DNA from: Sporopachydermia quercuum
Lineage: Eukaryota
Direction: 5' to 3'
Assembly: GCA_001599295.1 (NCBI GenBank)
Contig: BCGN01000002.1
Location: 744,001-808,000, forward strand
DNA: 64,000 bases
Part shown: piece by piece, positions 11,300 to 23,934 of the stretch
Layout of the letters: each line of letters starts with the position of its first letter
Position numbering within the stretch: the first letter of the stretch is position 1
Translations under genes and position numbers: made by a program
The notes under the pieces: generated by a model
Told to the model about the DNA's origin: nothing
Seen by the model: only the letters and a program-made list of their open reading frames with translations
Databases searched by the model: none

Positions 11300-13336
11300 T
11301 TAATATTTACCACCAGTTCTTTCTCTTCGTCTTACTTTTCGTTCAGATTCAACTTTAGCATCATAAATAATGAATTCATCCAAACCCTTTCCAGTTGGGA
11401 CCATTGGTAAAACGGGCACTTTCTTATCAACGAAAACTTCCAACAAAACAGGCCCTTCATTATAAGCTAACATTTCTTTTAATGCTGGTTCAAGTTCTTC
11501 TTGTGTGGTAGCTCTAATACCCTTTAATCCCATGGCATCTGCAAGTTTCATGAAATCAGGATTAGATTGATGAGTATGAGAATATCTGTCTTCGTAGAAT
11601 AGTGATTGCCACTGCGTCACCATACCTTGTTCTTCATTATTCAACACAACAATCTTAACAGGAACATTATATTGCACAGCACATGATAATTCAGTCAATG
11701 TCATGTTAAAGGAAGCATCACCATCAATATCAATGACAGTACAGTCAGGTTTAGCAATTTGAGCCCCAATAGCAGAAGGCAAACCATAACCCATGGTACC
11801 TAAGCCACCAGAAGTGATCATAGATCTGGGATGTCTCCATCGGAAATGTTGAGCAGTCCACATTTGATGTTGGCCAACACCAGTAGTGATTATAGTCTTA
11901 TCTGACTTATCAGCCGTTAATCTTTGAATTTCCTTAACAACAGTTTGAGGTTTAATAGGAGATCCTGGAGTCTCAGTTTCGTAACTGAAAGGGAATTTTT
12001 CCTTCCAAGCTTTAATTTGATCGAACCATTCTTTTCTTTCCTTCACTGGTTCAACCAAAGGAGTGAATTTAGCCAAGTTTGCAGTAACGTCTCCTTCAAC
12101 AGCTTCATTGGCTTGAACAACCTTGTTGATATTCTTGGGAGAGATTTCGAAATGAATAATACCACCTCTATTTTCTAGAGCAGCTAGACGAGCTTCTGGG
12201 GCAAACTTAGAGATATTTCCTGTAACACGATCATCGAAACGAGCACCGAGAGCTAAAATAACATCAGCGTTTTGCATAGCCATATTAGCATATCCACTTC
12301 CATGCATACCGAGCATATGTAATGACTTTTCATCTAATTCATCAAAAGCACCTAACCCCTGTAAAGTGGTGGTAACAGGAATTTGAGCTCTATCAGCTAA
12401 TTCCTTAAGTCTCTTTGGACCATCTTCAGAGTTTAAGATACCTGAACCAGCATAAATAACAGGTCTCTTAGCTTTATTAAGTAAAGCAGCAGCTCTTCTA
12501 ATGGATTCCATTTGGAATTCAGTAGCAGCAATCTTGGTGATTTCTGATAAGGTACTAGAAGGTAAAGTAGTATTCACAGGAATGGGTTCTCTCAAGATAG
12601 CAGCAGTAACGTTTTTAGGTAAATCGACCAAAACAGGTCCTGGACGTCCAGAGCTGGCAATCTCAAAAGCTTCATTGATTCTTCTGGGTAATTCAGCTAC
12701 AGATTTCACCATAACGTTCCATTTGGTACAAGGTCTTGAAATACCAACAATGTCAGCTTCTTGGAAAGCATCGGTGCCAATATTAGTAGTGGGAACTTGA
12801 CCGCAGAAAACAACTAAGGGAATACCGTCAGATAAAGCATCTTGCAATGGCGTGATAACGTTAGTAGCACCAGGACCGGAAGTAACAAGAACAACACCTA
12901 CTTTCCCTGAAGCACGCGCATAACCTTCGGCCATATGTCCGGCTCCTTGTTCGTGTCTTGGTAGAATGAATTTGAAGTTAGGTGAGTTGTGAATAGCGTC
13001 GAAAACTGGTAAAATAGCACCACCGGGATAACCAAATATAGTGTCTACATTATGTCTAAGCATCATTTCATGAAAGATTTCACCACCAGATAATCCAATA
13101 AATGAATCATCCATATGACCTGGCTTTTCTTTCAAAGCTCGAGGTGTAAAATCAGCATCATCAGGAATTGTGTTGAATGATGGTGATGGTTGAGGTCTTG
13201 ATGATGTTGCTGCCTGTCCTTCATCAGTTTTACTAGTATTACTGATAAACCTTGGTGAGCTCCGAGAAACAACGATTTTNAACGATGCTCTGAGTCCAAT
13301 ACGGCTCATAGCATATCGTGAACTTCTCACAAGCAT
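11300..13336 (-). CDS. ILV2: Acetolactate synthase catalytic subunit, mitochondrial
   Basis: FGYPGGAILPV, RHEQGAGHMAEGYAR and TPP motif GDASF...NN. Likely start MLVRSSR at 13336, giving an Arg/Ser-rich presequence. Confidence 0.96.
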   Translation of the reverse strand: MLVRSSRYAMSRIGLRASXKIVVSRSSPRFISNTSKTDEGQAATSSRPQPSPSFNTIPDDADFTPRALKEKPGHMDDSFIGLSGGEIFHEMMLRHNVDTIFGYPGGAILPVFDAIHNSPNFKFILPRHEQGAGHMAEGYARASGKVGVVLVTSGPGATNVITPLQDALSDGIPLVVFCGQVPTTNIGTDAFQEADIVGISRPCTKWNVMVKSVAELPRRINEAFEIASSGRPGPVLVDLPKNVTAAILREPIPVNTTLPSSTLSEITKIAATEFQMESIRRAAALLNKAKRPVIYAGSGILNSEDGPKRLKELADRAQIPVTTTLQGLGAFDELDEKSLHMLGMHGSGYANMAMQNADVILALGARFDDRVTGNISKFAPEARLAALENRGGIIHFEISPKNINKVVQANEAVEGDVTANLAKFTPLVEPVKERKEWFDQIKAWKEKFPFSYETETPGSPIKPQTVVKEIQRLTADKSDKTIITTGVGQHQMWTAQHFRWRHPRSMITSGGLGTMGYGLPSAIGAQIAKPDCTVIDIDGDASFNMTLTELSCAVQYNVPVKIVVLNNEEQGMVTQWQSLFYEDRYSHTHQSNPDFMKLADAMGLKGIRATTQEELEPALKEMLAYNEGPVLLEVFVDKKVPVLPMVPTGKGLDEFIIYDAKVESERKVRRRERTGGKY

Positions 13337-13357
13337 TGTTGTTGTTGTTGTTGTTGT
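13337..13357. repeat. (TGT/ACA)7 microsatellite immediately upstream of the ILV2 ATG
   Basis: tgttgttgttgttgttgttgt. Confidence 0.8.
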
Positions 13358-13660
13358 TTTTGAGTATTTTATAGACAATGGTTTCGCTTTCCTATACAAT
13401 TAATGCTTGTGTTATTTATGTATTCAGCGCTTCTTCTCTACTTTTTTCCAACAAATCAGTCAGAGAAGTTAAACCAATAAAAAAGCAGTCACTATGAAGA
13501 GAAGTAGAATGACCTTGATTCTTTGACTTCCCTCTCCAATTATCATTCACATAAAGTCAAGCAAGTGTAAGTGAATAAAACTATCATGCGAATCGTATCA
13601 AATCTTAGAAATCAGGATCCGCACAGCGCTTTAGGTTTATAAATTATTTCAAGCTGGGGA

Positions 13661-13681
13661 TGAAAAATTTTGAATGAGTCA
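13661..13681. promoter_or_regulatory. RRPE plus Gcn4 site in the ILV2 promoter
   Basis: TGAAAAATTT at 13661-13670 and a consensus TGAGTCA at 13675-13681, about 330 bp upstream of an amino-acid biosynthesis gene. Confidence 0.6.
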
Positions 13682-14084
13682 AACAAAATTTTAAGTATGA
13701 GTGATTGAAACTTTATGGTCCAATTAGGGACGTACCGAAACTTTACTTGAGAAATTCCGGTTGTGGTTTAGTATGGAGCCGTCATGTGACAATCCGGAAA
13801 ATATCGGGTGAGTTGAGGGTCGAATTTTGTCATGGGATGAGATGGGCTGAAGGTTGAATGCCTGTAGGTATGGGCAGACGTGATTTTGAAAGGAGGATTT
13901 GAGTGTATATATGAATATCTATNCGTTTTAATTTTTCGTAATAGAAGGTTTGTATTTATTTATATTTTGGAAGATGATGAAAACCGGTAGAAGAAAACTG
14001 TGGAGAAATTGGTGTATGAATTGTATAGTGTAAGCTGTTTACGTAGGGCAAAAGTGGTGAAGCGATTGTCCTGATTAAAGAGGT

Positions 14085-14094
14085 CCGGTACAGG
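14085..14094. promoter_or_regulatory. Leu3-like site
   Basis: CCGGTACAGG, one mismatch from CCGGTACCGG, in the divergent ILV2/MMSDH intergenic region. Confidence 0.35.
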
Positions 14095-15277
14095 GCCGGA
14101 GCATTTAATTGTAGGAAAAAGTCTGGGGAAAAAGAAGTGTGTTCATGGTGTTGGAAGATTGATTGAGCTTCAACAACAATGAGGATGCGGAATGAGATGG
14201 AATGTTAATTGGGGTAAATTGATGGATTGGAATTGAATGCTTTCTTTAACAAGGTTAAAACAGTTAAGAATAGTTTATTGTTTTATTAAAGTATCAGACT
14301 TGCTCGAGAAGAATTTCTAGTAGTTACCTCCTGTTTATTTATCTTAGAAATTCTGATTAGTACTGATCATATTACGTGTTTACCAGGCAATAGAGTTTTG
14401 GCCAAAACTATTCAAAGGGTGAGGTTAGGAACCATGCATAGAATGTGCGTATTACCTTAGTATATAAAGCCAGTCCAATGCATCATTCATGCAATGCCGA
14501 TGATTAGTGAAATGTTGAGGCAGGAAGAGAATAGGAACGATACAGTGAAAGTCAATAATACAGGTGTACTGGTAGCCATTTTTATTTGAAATAACTCTCA
14601 TTCAATTATATGAGTATTTTATACNCCTTTTCTATTGTTTTGTAGATTCACTTCCCTTTTTTCAATCGTGGTTCACCGTACTTTGTCTACAACCACCATT
14701 ATTCAATTTTTCTTGATGGGCACATGCATAGAGATTGCATAGAAATGCCGTGTCGTAGATCATTGACAGTCTAGCTACCCATAAGCCAATGGAGTCCTAA
14801 CATCAACCTGTGAAACTAACATTTCAGCAAATATTATAGATTAAATCCAACTATATTATTACTATGCTTCATTATTATCCAAGCATACTAATTATCTTAC
14901 CCACAAACTCTATTCTTATTCAACTATCATTCTCATCGGCATGAGATACATCATATGCACCTAATGAGACCTTGCAGCAATTGTACATAGATAACTGTGA
15001 CCTTATTGAAAAACCTATTTCGTCTATTTTAACCCAATTTGTTTTTCAATATCCCTGATAAGATACCCCGCGTAAATAATAAAGGAACTATCTTTTTGCC
15101 TTAACAATCAATATAACTTTGAAAATTATATAAAGTCAAACAAATCTTCATTTGTTCGTTTCAATAAGTTCTTATTCATTTATTTTGGGATCAGAGAAAG
15201 TCCTTTTTTCATGATCTGAAGATTAAGTTGTAACGTGAAGTAAATAAACCAGTACATAACCACATACATACACCACA

Positions 15278-16912
15278 ATGATTCGAGCAAACTTATTGAA
15301 AAGAGCCACACAAAGCTCTTTAAGACATAAGGATCAACTACCAGTCAGCATATTTGTGAGAAATCTATCATTAGCTACTACTAAGACCAAGTTTCCAACA
15401 TCTCATGAAGGGGTTGAACCTACCGAGACATTTGGTTTCGTGAATAATGAATTTGTATCTTCTAAGACCAAAGAATGGATTGAAGTTCATGATCCAGCAA
15501 CGCAAAAAGTGGTATCAAAAGTACCACAATCCACACCTGAGGAGCTTCTAGCTGCAGTTGAAGCAGCAGAAACTGCATTTGAAACTTGGAAAGATACAAC
15601 TGCTATTTCCAGACAACAAATTGCTTTCAATTTTGTTAGATTGATTAGAGAACATTGGGACAGACTGGCCAGTTCAATTGTTGTCGAGCAAGGTAAAACT
15701 TTTGAAGATGCCAAAGGTGATGTTTTAAGAGGTTTGCAAGTTGCAGAAGCAGCTTGTGGTATTCCTACTCAATTGAGCGGAAANNTTTTGGAGGTTTCTA
15801 AAGATATGGAGACTAGAATGTATAGAGAACCTTTAGGTGTTGTTGCTGCCATTTGCCCATTTAACTTCCCCGCTATGATCCCCCTTTGGTCAATTCCTTT
15901 AACCATTGTTACTGGAAATACTTTGGTTCTTAAACCATCTGAAAGAGACCCTGGTGCTGCATTGATCATTGCAGAATTGGCAAAAGAAGCTGGATGCCCA
16001 CCTGGTGTTGTTAACTTAGTTCATGGTAGTAAACCAACAGTGGATTTCATAATAGAAGATCCTAGAATCAAAGCAATCTCATTTGTTGGTTCTGATAAAG
16101 CAGGAAAGTACATATATGAAAACGGTACCAAGCATGGTAAGAGAGTTCAAGCCAATCTTGGAGCCAAGAATCACGCTATTCTGATGCCCGATGCTAATAA
16201 GGAACAGGCCGTTAAAGCAATAATTGGTGCTGCATTCGGAGCTGCTGGTCAAAGATGTATGGCGTTATCAGTTCTTATCACTGTAGGTGAAACAAAGAAC
16301 TGGGTAAATGATATTGTAGCAGAAGCAAAGAAATTAGATGTCAATGGTGGGTTTGAGAAGGCCAGTGATTTAGGTCCTGTTATTACTCCTCAAGCTTTAG
16401 CAAGAATCGAAGGTCTTGTTCAGTCGGGTGCTGATGAGGGTGCCAAAATTATACTGGATGGTCGCGGATACNGTCCACCAAAATACAAGAACGGCAATTT
16501 TATTGCTCCTACAATCATTAAAGATGTTTCTGTGAATATGAAGTGTTATCAAGAAGAAATTTTTGGACCAGTCTTAGTAGTTCTGGAAGCCAATTCTCTG
16601 GAAGATGCAATTGAAATCATTAATAAGAACAAGTATGGTAACGGGACTGCTATTTTCACAAATTCCGGACCTACAGCATATGCTTTCCAGAAGAAGGTCA
16701 ATTGTGGTCAAGTTGGTATAAATGTGCCTATTCCCGTCCCTCTTCCTATGTTTTCCTTCACCGGTAACAAGGGATCGTTCTTAGGTGACTTGAACTTTTA
16801 TGGGGATGCTGGTGTTCATTTCCTTACTCAATATAAAACAGTGACAAGTTTATGGAAACAAACAGGACATGTTGAACAAACAAGAGCTACTTCCATGCCA
16901 ATTCAAACATGA
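15278..16912 (+). CDS. Methylmalonate-semialdehyde dehydrogenase (CoA-acylating, ALDH6A1/MmsA family), mitochondrial
   Basis: [45 protein letters not shown] and [12 protein letters not shown] motifs; N-terminal presequence. Confidence 0.95.
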   Translation: MIRANLLKRATQSSLRHKDQLPVSIFVRNLSLATTKTKFPTSHEGVEPTETFGFVNNEFVSSKTKEWIEVHDPATQKVVSKVPQSTPEELLAAVEAAETAFETWKDTTAISRQQIAFNFVRLIREHWDRLASSIVVEQGKTFEDAKGDVLRGLQVAEAACGIPTQLSGXXLEVSKDMETRMYREPLGVVAAICPFNFPAMIPLWSIPLTIVTGNTLVLKPSERDPGAALIIAELAKEAGCPPGVVNLVHGSKPTVDFIIEDPRIKAISFVGSDKAGKYIYENGTKHGKRVQANLGAKNHAILMPDANKEQAVKAIIGAAFGAAGQRCMALSVLITVGETKNWVNDIVAEAKKLDVNGGFEKASDLGPVITPQALARIEGLVQSGADEGAKIILDGRGYXPPKYKNGNFIAPTIIKDVSVNMKCYQEEIFGPVLVVLEANSLEDAIEIINKNKYGNGTAIFTNSGPTAYAFQKKVNCGQVGINVPIPVPLPMFSFTGNKGSFLGDLNFYGDAGVHFLTQYKTVTSLWKQTGHVEQTRATSMPIQT

Positions 16913-18100
16913 TCGATTTGTTGAGTAGTTTCGAATAACAGTAATCAGTAGCGAGTGTATATTGGGCTTGCCTTTGTAGCTTAAGTTTTCATAATCAATA
17001 CAAGTTACTAGGTTTATCAAACAAATGAAATATATATGATAATCAGATTTTCCGTCCTTTTCCATCTTTCAATATAAATCAGTAATTTTATAACGACAGT
17101 TTTATAATATAACGTGCTTCCATTATCTGCATATGTTTTGCTATTTCTAATCAGATGAATCAACCTTTTCCTTTTTCACATCTCATCCCATTCATCGATT
17201 TACCTGAGCCTCCTTTGTATTCTGACTAGGTGATCTGGAACTCACTGGCAGATTATTAACTCTGCATAAACCCATAGTTTAGTTCAAAACCTTAATTCTA
17301 ATTATAGTTCTTCCAATCCCAGAAACTCCTTTGAAATTTGTCTTCCGAACTTTGTCTTTCCAAGGAGAATTATGCCATTCATCTATCTATTATTGTCTGG
17401 ATTATTCTTTTTTGGCTCAAGTAGACATCTTTACTTGATGGAATAGGATGAGAGTAAGCAGTATACAGTTGTATTTCGTCCGAACCATTGNCGCTTACTG
17501 AAATGGTTTGAATTTGTAATGGAAATAAATTATTGGATGAAGAATCCAACCAAATAAAGGTTCAGAGTAATTAGTTTATTATCAGAAGCAGGCTGGGTTC
17601 TACTTACCTTTTCTGATATTATTCCTACCTTATATAACCTTGTCCATATAGGTTTTCCATTCTCTCATTGAAAGATATTTTAACCTTTGGCGTAGAATTC
17701 TAAGAACGCAACAAGAATTGCTTGTTTTCCCTAAGAATAGAAAAGAAGCTTGATATAATCCTTACTGGTACTGGTAATAATTCCAGCGCACATAAGTATA
17801 TCAAAGATGATGGGTTTAATTTTAATTAAGGGTAGGCAACAATTGGTTCTCTGAAACTGAACTAGTGTTTCGAATCGTATTTAATCAGTTCTTACGAGAT
17901 TTAATTTTAATGTCATTTTATTCATTTAGCTGATGAAGGTATCGGAAAACACTTTGTACTTTTGTATCAGGATTTAAAAAAATATAATAATTAAATAGTT
18001 GTTTGCTCAAATTAAATTAACAAATCTTGATGTCACTGCAAAAGCAATTCAGTTCTGTGGCGTGTACCTCTTGCATTCTGTTCAAGCACACCCGAACATC

Positions 18101-18140
18101 CCATGTCTTGTCAGGTACCACTATGTCTTGTCAGGTACTA
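18101..18140. repeat. 20-bp tandem duplication
   Basis: ccatgtcttgtcaggtacca followed by ctatgtcttgtcaggtacta. Confidence 0.75.
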
Positions 18141-19281
18141 AATATATACGAACAAGACGTAATAGTTAAAGAAGAGAATAGAATAATACTGTTTATTCTG
18201 TTGCTGGGTTTTATAGTTGATTTAATTTTTAACAACCGGATAGAAAATGTCATAAAAAGTCTCTTTTAAGCAATTGTTATCAATGAAGGAGCCAAATTCA
18301 AGGCTGATACTCTAAAAAGGATAAACTCTGATGGAAGGATGAAATACCTGCAGTGTTTCTGCAGAGGTACCTAGGGGAACATATATTTGCACAATATTAC
18401 TTCTGCAAAGAAGGCAACACTATTTATTTTTCCTTTCACTTTTCGAATATCAAACGTAAAATTTTGAGAAAACATTGAACTAACTAAACCCAACATTTTA
18501 CATTCATCACCACTATATTACATCATCATTCTTACAGTATCACATTTACTTAACCATATCTTATATCTACACTTCTAATGAAACTGACCGACGATGACTT
18601 TCATTTAACATTTATGCACCAGACTGCATCAGTCTGCATACAAGGCCCCATTTCCTTTTACGTATGAAACTCTAATGAAACTCTAATCCATGAGTTTTTC
18701 ATTGTTTCTCTTTTGCCTATGGTTCTTCCTGTTCCTAGGTNTTAATGCTATGCCTTTCGTCTATAACCTGATGGCTTTGTTTTAAAAAAACACCTGAATT
18801 CCCAAGGCCAAGTAACTTTTGAATAAAATATTGATCGCTGAAACCATATAACGTCTAATTTTAGTGACCTAGAGAATTGCTAGTCTTCTTTCGCTAAGGA
18901 TATTACTTCAGTAGACGTTCATTGACACCAACTACTATTCGATCGTTTTTAAGATTAACTAAGAAACTGAAGAGGTTTGGAGGAATAAATTGATATCCTA
19001 TTGAGATACAGAAAATATTACAAAGATAGTGAGATCAATTATACGTTTAGATTATCTCTTGCTGATATTATCTCTTCTCTTATTCAGTTTATTGTTTTTC
19101 TGGCATTAAGAAATTGCTACTATTGTGGAATAAATTACAAAAGTTTTGTGATCGCGTCACAATCATATTGGCTGTTGGTTGCTATTTTTATTTCACTCTA
19201 TCAAGTCTGAGAATATATACAGTGAAATGAACTTTGAGCTGTTTGCAGGGAAATTCGCTTATATGGATATTTGTTTACAAA

Positions 19282-22059
19282 ATGAACGAAACAAATCTTG
19301 AAGCCGTGTCGTTTGAACTGATTGATAACTTTGAGGACATTCCTTTGTCAAGAAGTGTCACTCCTCATTCTCATACCAATTCAGCTTATGGCCATACGAA
19401 TAAAGGAAATTCGTTTACAAAGCATTCACCCTCCTCATCACGTCGAGTGCCTGGTGGACTGTTGTCACAAAATGAGTTCGGCAATGCTAAAGGAAATTTG
19501 AATCAGGTGAACACTTGTAAACACAATTCATCTATGGATCCATATTGTGTATTAGAAATAAAGAAAATCAGTTCACCGAAACCGCTGGAAAGTAATACTC
19601 GTCCGTCATCTAGCACATCTAGTGAATCAAGCGCTAGTTCAACAGTCTCAACAAGCTCTACAATGTCATCTGTATCTTCTACGTCGACATCGCCATATAC
19701 CAGTGGAAATTATGAACTAACGAAATGTTCGCAAGTGGAGACAAAAGTATCACCACTTCTGGGTGATAGCTCTGGTACAAGCCCCATGACTAGTGACAAT
19801 GAAACGGAAGGTAAAAGTCTTGAAATATCTCCAGCAAAGTCCGACAGAACACTGAAAGACGCCAATATGTCAGTTGATGATAAAATTGGACCGAACAGTA
19901 TTCCCCTTCCTAAGCTAAAGTCTTTCCGATCTGCCAGTAGTCTAAATCAAGTTGGCTCTTATTCATCACCACCTATTTACACTTCTCGCTTTCCTGCGGC
20001 TAGTAAAAATGGAAATGCTACGGGAAATGCCNGCTCTATTCATATCGATACTATTGCTGAAGGAAATAAAACTTCAGCATTGTCATCACCTTCAACACAA
20101 GTACCAAAACTTACTCCTACGCAGAGGTTCCGTATGCGTAGAGCTGCATCGTCTAATTTAAGTCTGAGGTCAAGTGTTTTACCGGGAAACTCTAAGAATA
20201 CTAAAAAGAGTGGCATTTACTCTCACAGTGCTAGAAGTATGGATGATTTTGATCTGGAATACGATTCTGATGATATCCCGGATGATTCAGTTGTTTGGAA
20301 TATTCCTCTTTCCACACCTTCAGCTACAAATTTCTCAATGTCGCGTAAATCTTCAATGGGTAATATGACAGTAGATGCAGAGTCAGTACCAGCTTCACCT
20401 TTGGATCACATTTTGAGTCAGCCGAAAATATCGGCACATATTGGAATTAACGATAGCAGAGAAAGCGTAGGCTCTGTCTCATCATTATCCCCCAAACAAG
20501 CTAAACCATTCTACGAAAGCAAAAACTCTTCTGAAGCTGTATTATCGGCTGCTACTGAATCAAGGAACGAGAGAGCAAAAAGCTGGGCATCAGTGCTTCA
20601 ATGCATGTCTAATGAAGCGAGAGATTTAACTATTTTATTTGAAGAGACTGCTTTAAATTTTGCTCGAAGTGAACTAAGTGAACGAAAAGAACAACAGGTT
20701 TCAGCTGATTCACCAAATACCGATAATATTGAAAACCTTATGAGCAAAGAAAAGGAAAACATNGTCTCACAGACTAGGTTAGCTTGGTTGCCACCAAAGA
20801 GCAAGAAAGAAGACGAGAAACATTTGAAGCAGTACAGAGAGTTATTGAAAATGTCAGTAGATAAAGAGAAAGAAAAAACAAGAAAGAAACAGGAGAAGCG
20901 GAAGAAGCAGGAATCAACAATGAAGAAAGATTTTGATGGTTGGACTAAGACTTATCATTGTTATTTTCTTGACTCAGAGACTGAGAAGAAGAAGACGTTT
21001 TCTTCTGTTGGCGATTTAAATTACTTGCGGAAGTGCTATTGGAGATCAGGAGTACCTGAAAAGTATAGGGCTTTGGTTTGGAAGAGTTTGATCAACAGCA
21101 CCGGAGATAGTCAAGTGTTTGAATACAAAGAGTATAAAGCAAAAGGACAGGCATTGAAGAAGAATGGTGACGGTAAGATAGTTGAAATGATTATGAATGA
21201 TGTTGAATGTACGTTTCCTGAACTTAAATTGTTTCAAAAGAATCTACCATTTGGCCCTGGTGTGTTCCATGAGCCATTGACTGATCTATTATTTGCTTTC
21301 GCCTCTTTCAATGAGCTTTTGCCTTATAAATCTGGTATCAATGCAATTGCTGCTATGTTACTGTTGAATCTTGCTAATGAAGATGAAGCGTTTAACTGCC
21401 TTGTGAATTTAATCAGAAATAGGTCCGTTATTACTGCATCTATTCTTGATAACGATGACTCAGGGTTGCAATCGTCGTATCGTTCGTTTGATCAACTATT
21501 GAAGAACCAGCTTCCACAGCTGTATAGTAGTATTAGTTCCATTGGTTCAAATAATAATGAAACAGCAGCATATAGGAACCAAGAAGAAGCTCTGGTGTCC
21601 CCCGTTTTTCTAAAATTCTTGTTAAGAGGATTTTTGTCCAACTTCGTCGAAATTGATGTTGCATGTCGATTCATGGACATCTGCTTACTAGAAAAATTTT
21701 ATCTCACCCAGTACAGGTTGTTGACAGATTATAAACAGGTCCTAAAATCAAAGGTGAATGATAATAAACAGAACTACGTATTTTTGGATAATGATCCATG
21801 TGTGTTTTATTTTGCATTCAAATTCATTGAAAGACATGAATTTGAGCTTTATGTCGATAACTGGGATGATTTTTTGAATAAAATAGGTATAAACATGACT
21901 CGTGAACATCACAAGTCTTCTTTTGATGCCTCCGCAAGTGGAGTCATTGATTTGAAGTCNATAGAAGCGCAAAAGAATGGCTACGCTGATTTAGGAGATA
22001 TTGAAGATTTTATTGAATCTGTCAAATCCCTAATTGATTCTCACTATAAGTTGGGCTAG
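19282..22059 (+). CDS. Sbe2/Sbe22-like protein with a C-terminal degenerate Rab-GAP TBC-like domain
   Basis: Ser-rich disordered N-terminus, DDSVVWNIP, SQTRLAWLPPKSKKEDEKHLKQY, then TBC-like segments (WRSGVPEKYRALVW, IMNDVECTFP, YKSGINAIAAMLLLN). ATG at 19282. Confidence 0.65.
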   Translation: MNETNLEAVSFELIDNFEDIPLSRSVTPHSHTNSAYGHTNKGNSFTKHSPSSSRRVPGGLLSQNEFGNAKGNLNQVNTCKHNSSMDPYCVLEIKKISSPKPLESNTRPSSSTSSESSASSTVSTSSTMSSVSSTSTSPYTSGNYELTKCSQVETKVSPLLGDSSGTSPMTSDNETEGKSLEISPAKSDRTLKDANMSVDDKIGPNSIPLPKLKSFRSASSLNQVGSYSSPPIYTSRFPAASKNGNATGNAXSIHIDTIAEGNKTSALSSPSTQVPKLTPTQRFRMRRAASSNLSLRSSVLPGNSKNTKKSGIYSHSARSMDDFDLEYDSDDIPDDSVVWNIPLSTPSATNFSMSRKSSMGNMTVDAESVPASPLDHILSQPKISAHIGINDSRESVGSVSSLSPKQAKPFYESKNSSEAVLSAATESRNERAKSWASVLQCMSNEARDLTILFEETALNFARSELSERKEQQVSADSPNTDNIENLMSKEKENXVSQTRLAWLPPKSKKEDEKHLKQYRELLKMSVDKEKEKTRKKQEKRKKQESTMKKDFDGWTKTYHCYFLDSETEKKKTFSSVGDLNYLRKCYWRSGVPEKYRALVWKSLINSTGDSQVFEYKEYKAKGQALKKNGDGKIVEMIMNDVECTFPELKLFQKNLPFGPGVFHEPLTDLLFAFASFNELLPYKSGINAIAAMLLLNLANEDEAFNCLVNLIRNRSVITASILDNDDSGLQSSYRSFDQLLKNQLPQLYSSISSIGSNNNETAAYRNQEEALVSPVFLKFLLRGFLSNFVEIDVACRFMDICLLEKFYLTQYRLLTDYKQVLKSKVNDNKQNYVFLDNDPCVFYFAFKFIERHEFELYVDNWDDFLNKIGINMTREHHKSSFDASASGVIDLKXIEAQKNGYADLGDIEDFIESVKSLIDSHYKLG

Positions 22060-23584
22060 AGGGAATAGCGACATGGTATTGTCTGGAGATTTATATGGAG
22101 TTGTAATGTGTATGACATGACTATGAATAGTGATGTTATGTATGGTTTTTATGGTTATTAAGGTATATGGTAATATATGGTACGTCATCTTATATGTTTA
22201 TTTATATTCAGTAGTAGGTAAAAAAGATGTTATACTAGCGGGAAGACAGTTGCAGGAATTCCTTCATATGGCTGCCATCACCCGTGAACCTAGGGGCATG
22301 AAACGGTCTAGATGAACTTATAATACTAGGTAAGCAATGAACAATCGAGGCAACTATTAATTATGTTATCTCAATCTAACTTGCAATGTCTAATGATATG
22401 AGAATGCTTAGATCCTGCAATTNTTGATATTATGAGAAATACCTTTCATGATCAAATGAAGCATTTGTTAACCAACACTAATTACAATATTCGACGTATT
22501 GCATACAGCTATTGAAATGAAGGAGAGAGAAAGAGAGAGAAGGAGAGGCCGTCAACTCCTTCACAGACAGTTGTTTCCGATAAATATACTGTTTCTTCAT
22601 TTCAATACATAGTTGAGATGAGAATGTCGAATGGTAAAACAAATAGTTAAATAATNGCCTTCTTTATGAAAGTAAAAGCAACTCCTGAATGAAAGAATTC
22701 ATCCTCACATTGCGCATTCGGTGTTGCTAGATCAAAGTTCAGTCTTAAATAAAAGAATGAAACTCCGGATTAAATGATTAAATAGAATAGAGTTCGGAGA
22801 GACCGCCTGGAACGTCACCTGGAGAGAAACATTTGAGTATGCCCGCTTTATTATAAGCCAATATAATGATCAAATGAGAAAAAAAAATAAAAAATAAAAA
22901 AAGAACTTATTTCATCATATACAATATTCATCTACAATTTCATCTTCACGATGTTTTATGCTTATAACACTGAGAAAGGTTTTATTAAACAATAAGTATC
23001 TTCAATTGGCAAATTGAAAATAGCCAAGCCCCGGAGGAACGTAATTGGAGCTAAAATGGGGGCGAAAGTTTAACTTTGATGTTCTATGCATGGATACTCT
23101 ATACTAAGATTAAAGTTTAGCAGTCCAACTGAGTTGTTTTATAGTAGTGGATTTATACCTTTTGTATGTAGAAAGCAATAAATAAGTACAATAAAATAAG
23201 GAAAATTATTGTATTATTTATATACTTACTAATTCACCTTTGTTTTTAAAAGTCTCCTCTGGAACGTATTGTAAAGCATGTTTGTAACGAAAATAAATTG
23301 GCATCAATCAAGTCCTGATGAGAAGTGGCCCCCCGTTTCAAGATAATTCTGTGTTGAAATCTGAACTCAATTTCGAATCGAACAACACAAACGCAAACCT
23401 TAAATGGTGTATATATAGGAGGAGTTCTTTCACGCGTGTCATTGCTGATCGTTGNTTCTTCTTTACAAATTTCTTATGTTAAAGTAGGAGATCATCTATT
23501 GAACGTTGTTGAGCAATTTGAAAGGATTTTTTTGGTATCTTCAGCTAACCATAACATTTCTCAAAAGTTTTACCTCAAATAAAC

Positions 23585-23934
23585 ATGGGCTTTCTTGATT
23601 CCGTTACCGATGCTGCTAAGTCAGCTTTAAACAAACCTGAAGAGAGCAAATCTCAAGGAGAGTCAACNGGAACCAAAACTCAAGGAGAATCAAATACTGA
23701 AGGGCTTTCAGATCAACAAAAGGAAGACGTTAAGAGCATCGTCAGACAACAAATTGATGGTTTCGAAGAAAAACTGGGTTTAAACCAAAAGAATGAATCA
23801 AGTATTGAAAAGAAGGTTGATGAACAAGTTGAAGTAAGTATTTAGTTTGGCTGTTGTATGATGTTGGAGATGGGAGTTCGTTACTAACAAAATATCAATA
23901 GAAATACATCAATCAGCAATTTGCTAAGAAATAG
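23585..23934 (+). CDS. Small hydrophilic protein (93 aa), uncharacterised fungal family; one intron
   Basis: Exons 23585-23833 and 23902-23934. Intron GTAAGT...TACTAAC...TAG restores the C-terminus NESSIEKKVDEQVEKYINQQFAKK*. Confidence 0.75.

Noticed and set aside
17200..17820. Possible LINE endonuclease remnant (IQLYTAYSHP...GIILLG) on the minus strand
   Set aside because: Only two loose motifs, no GDFN, and no RT nearby.
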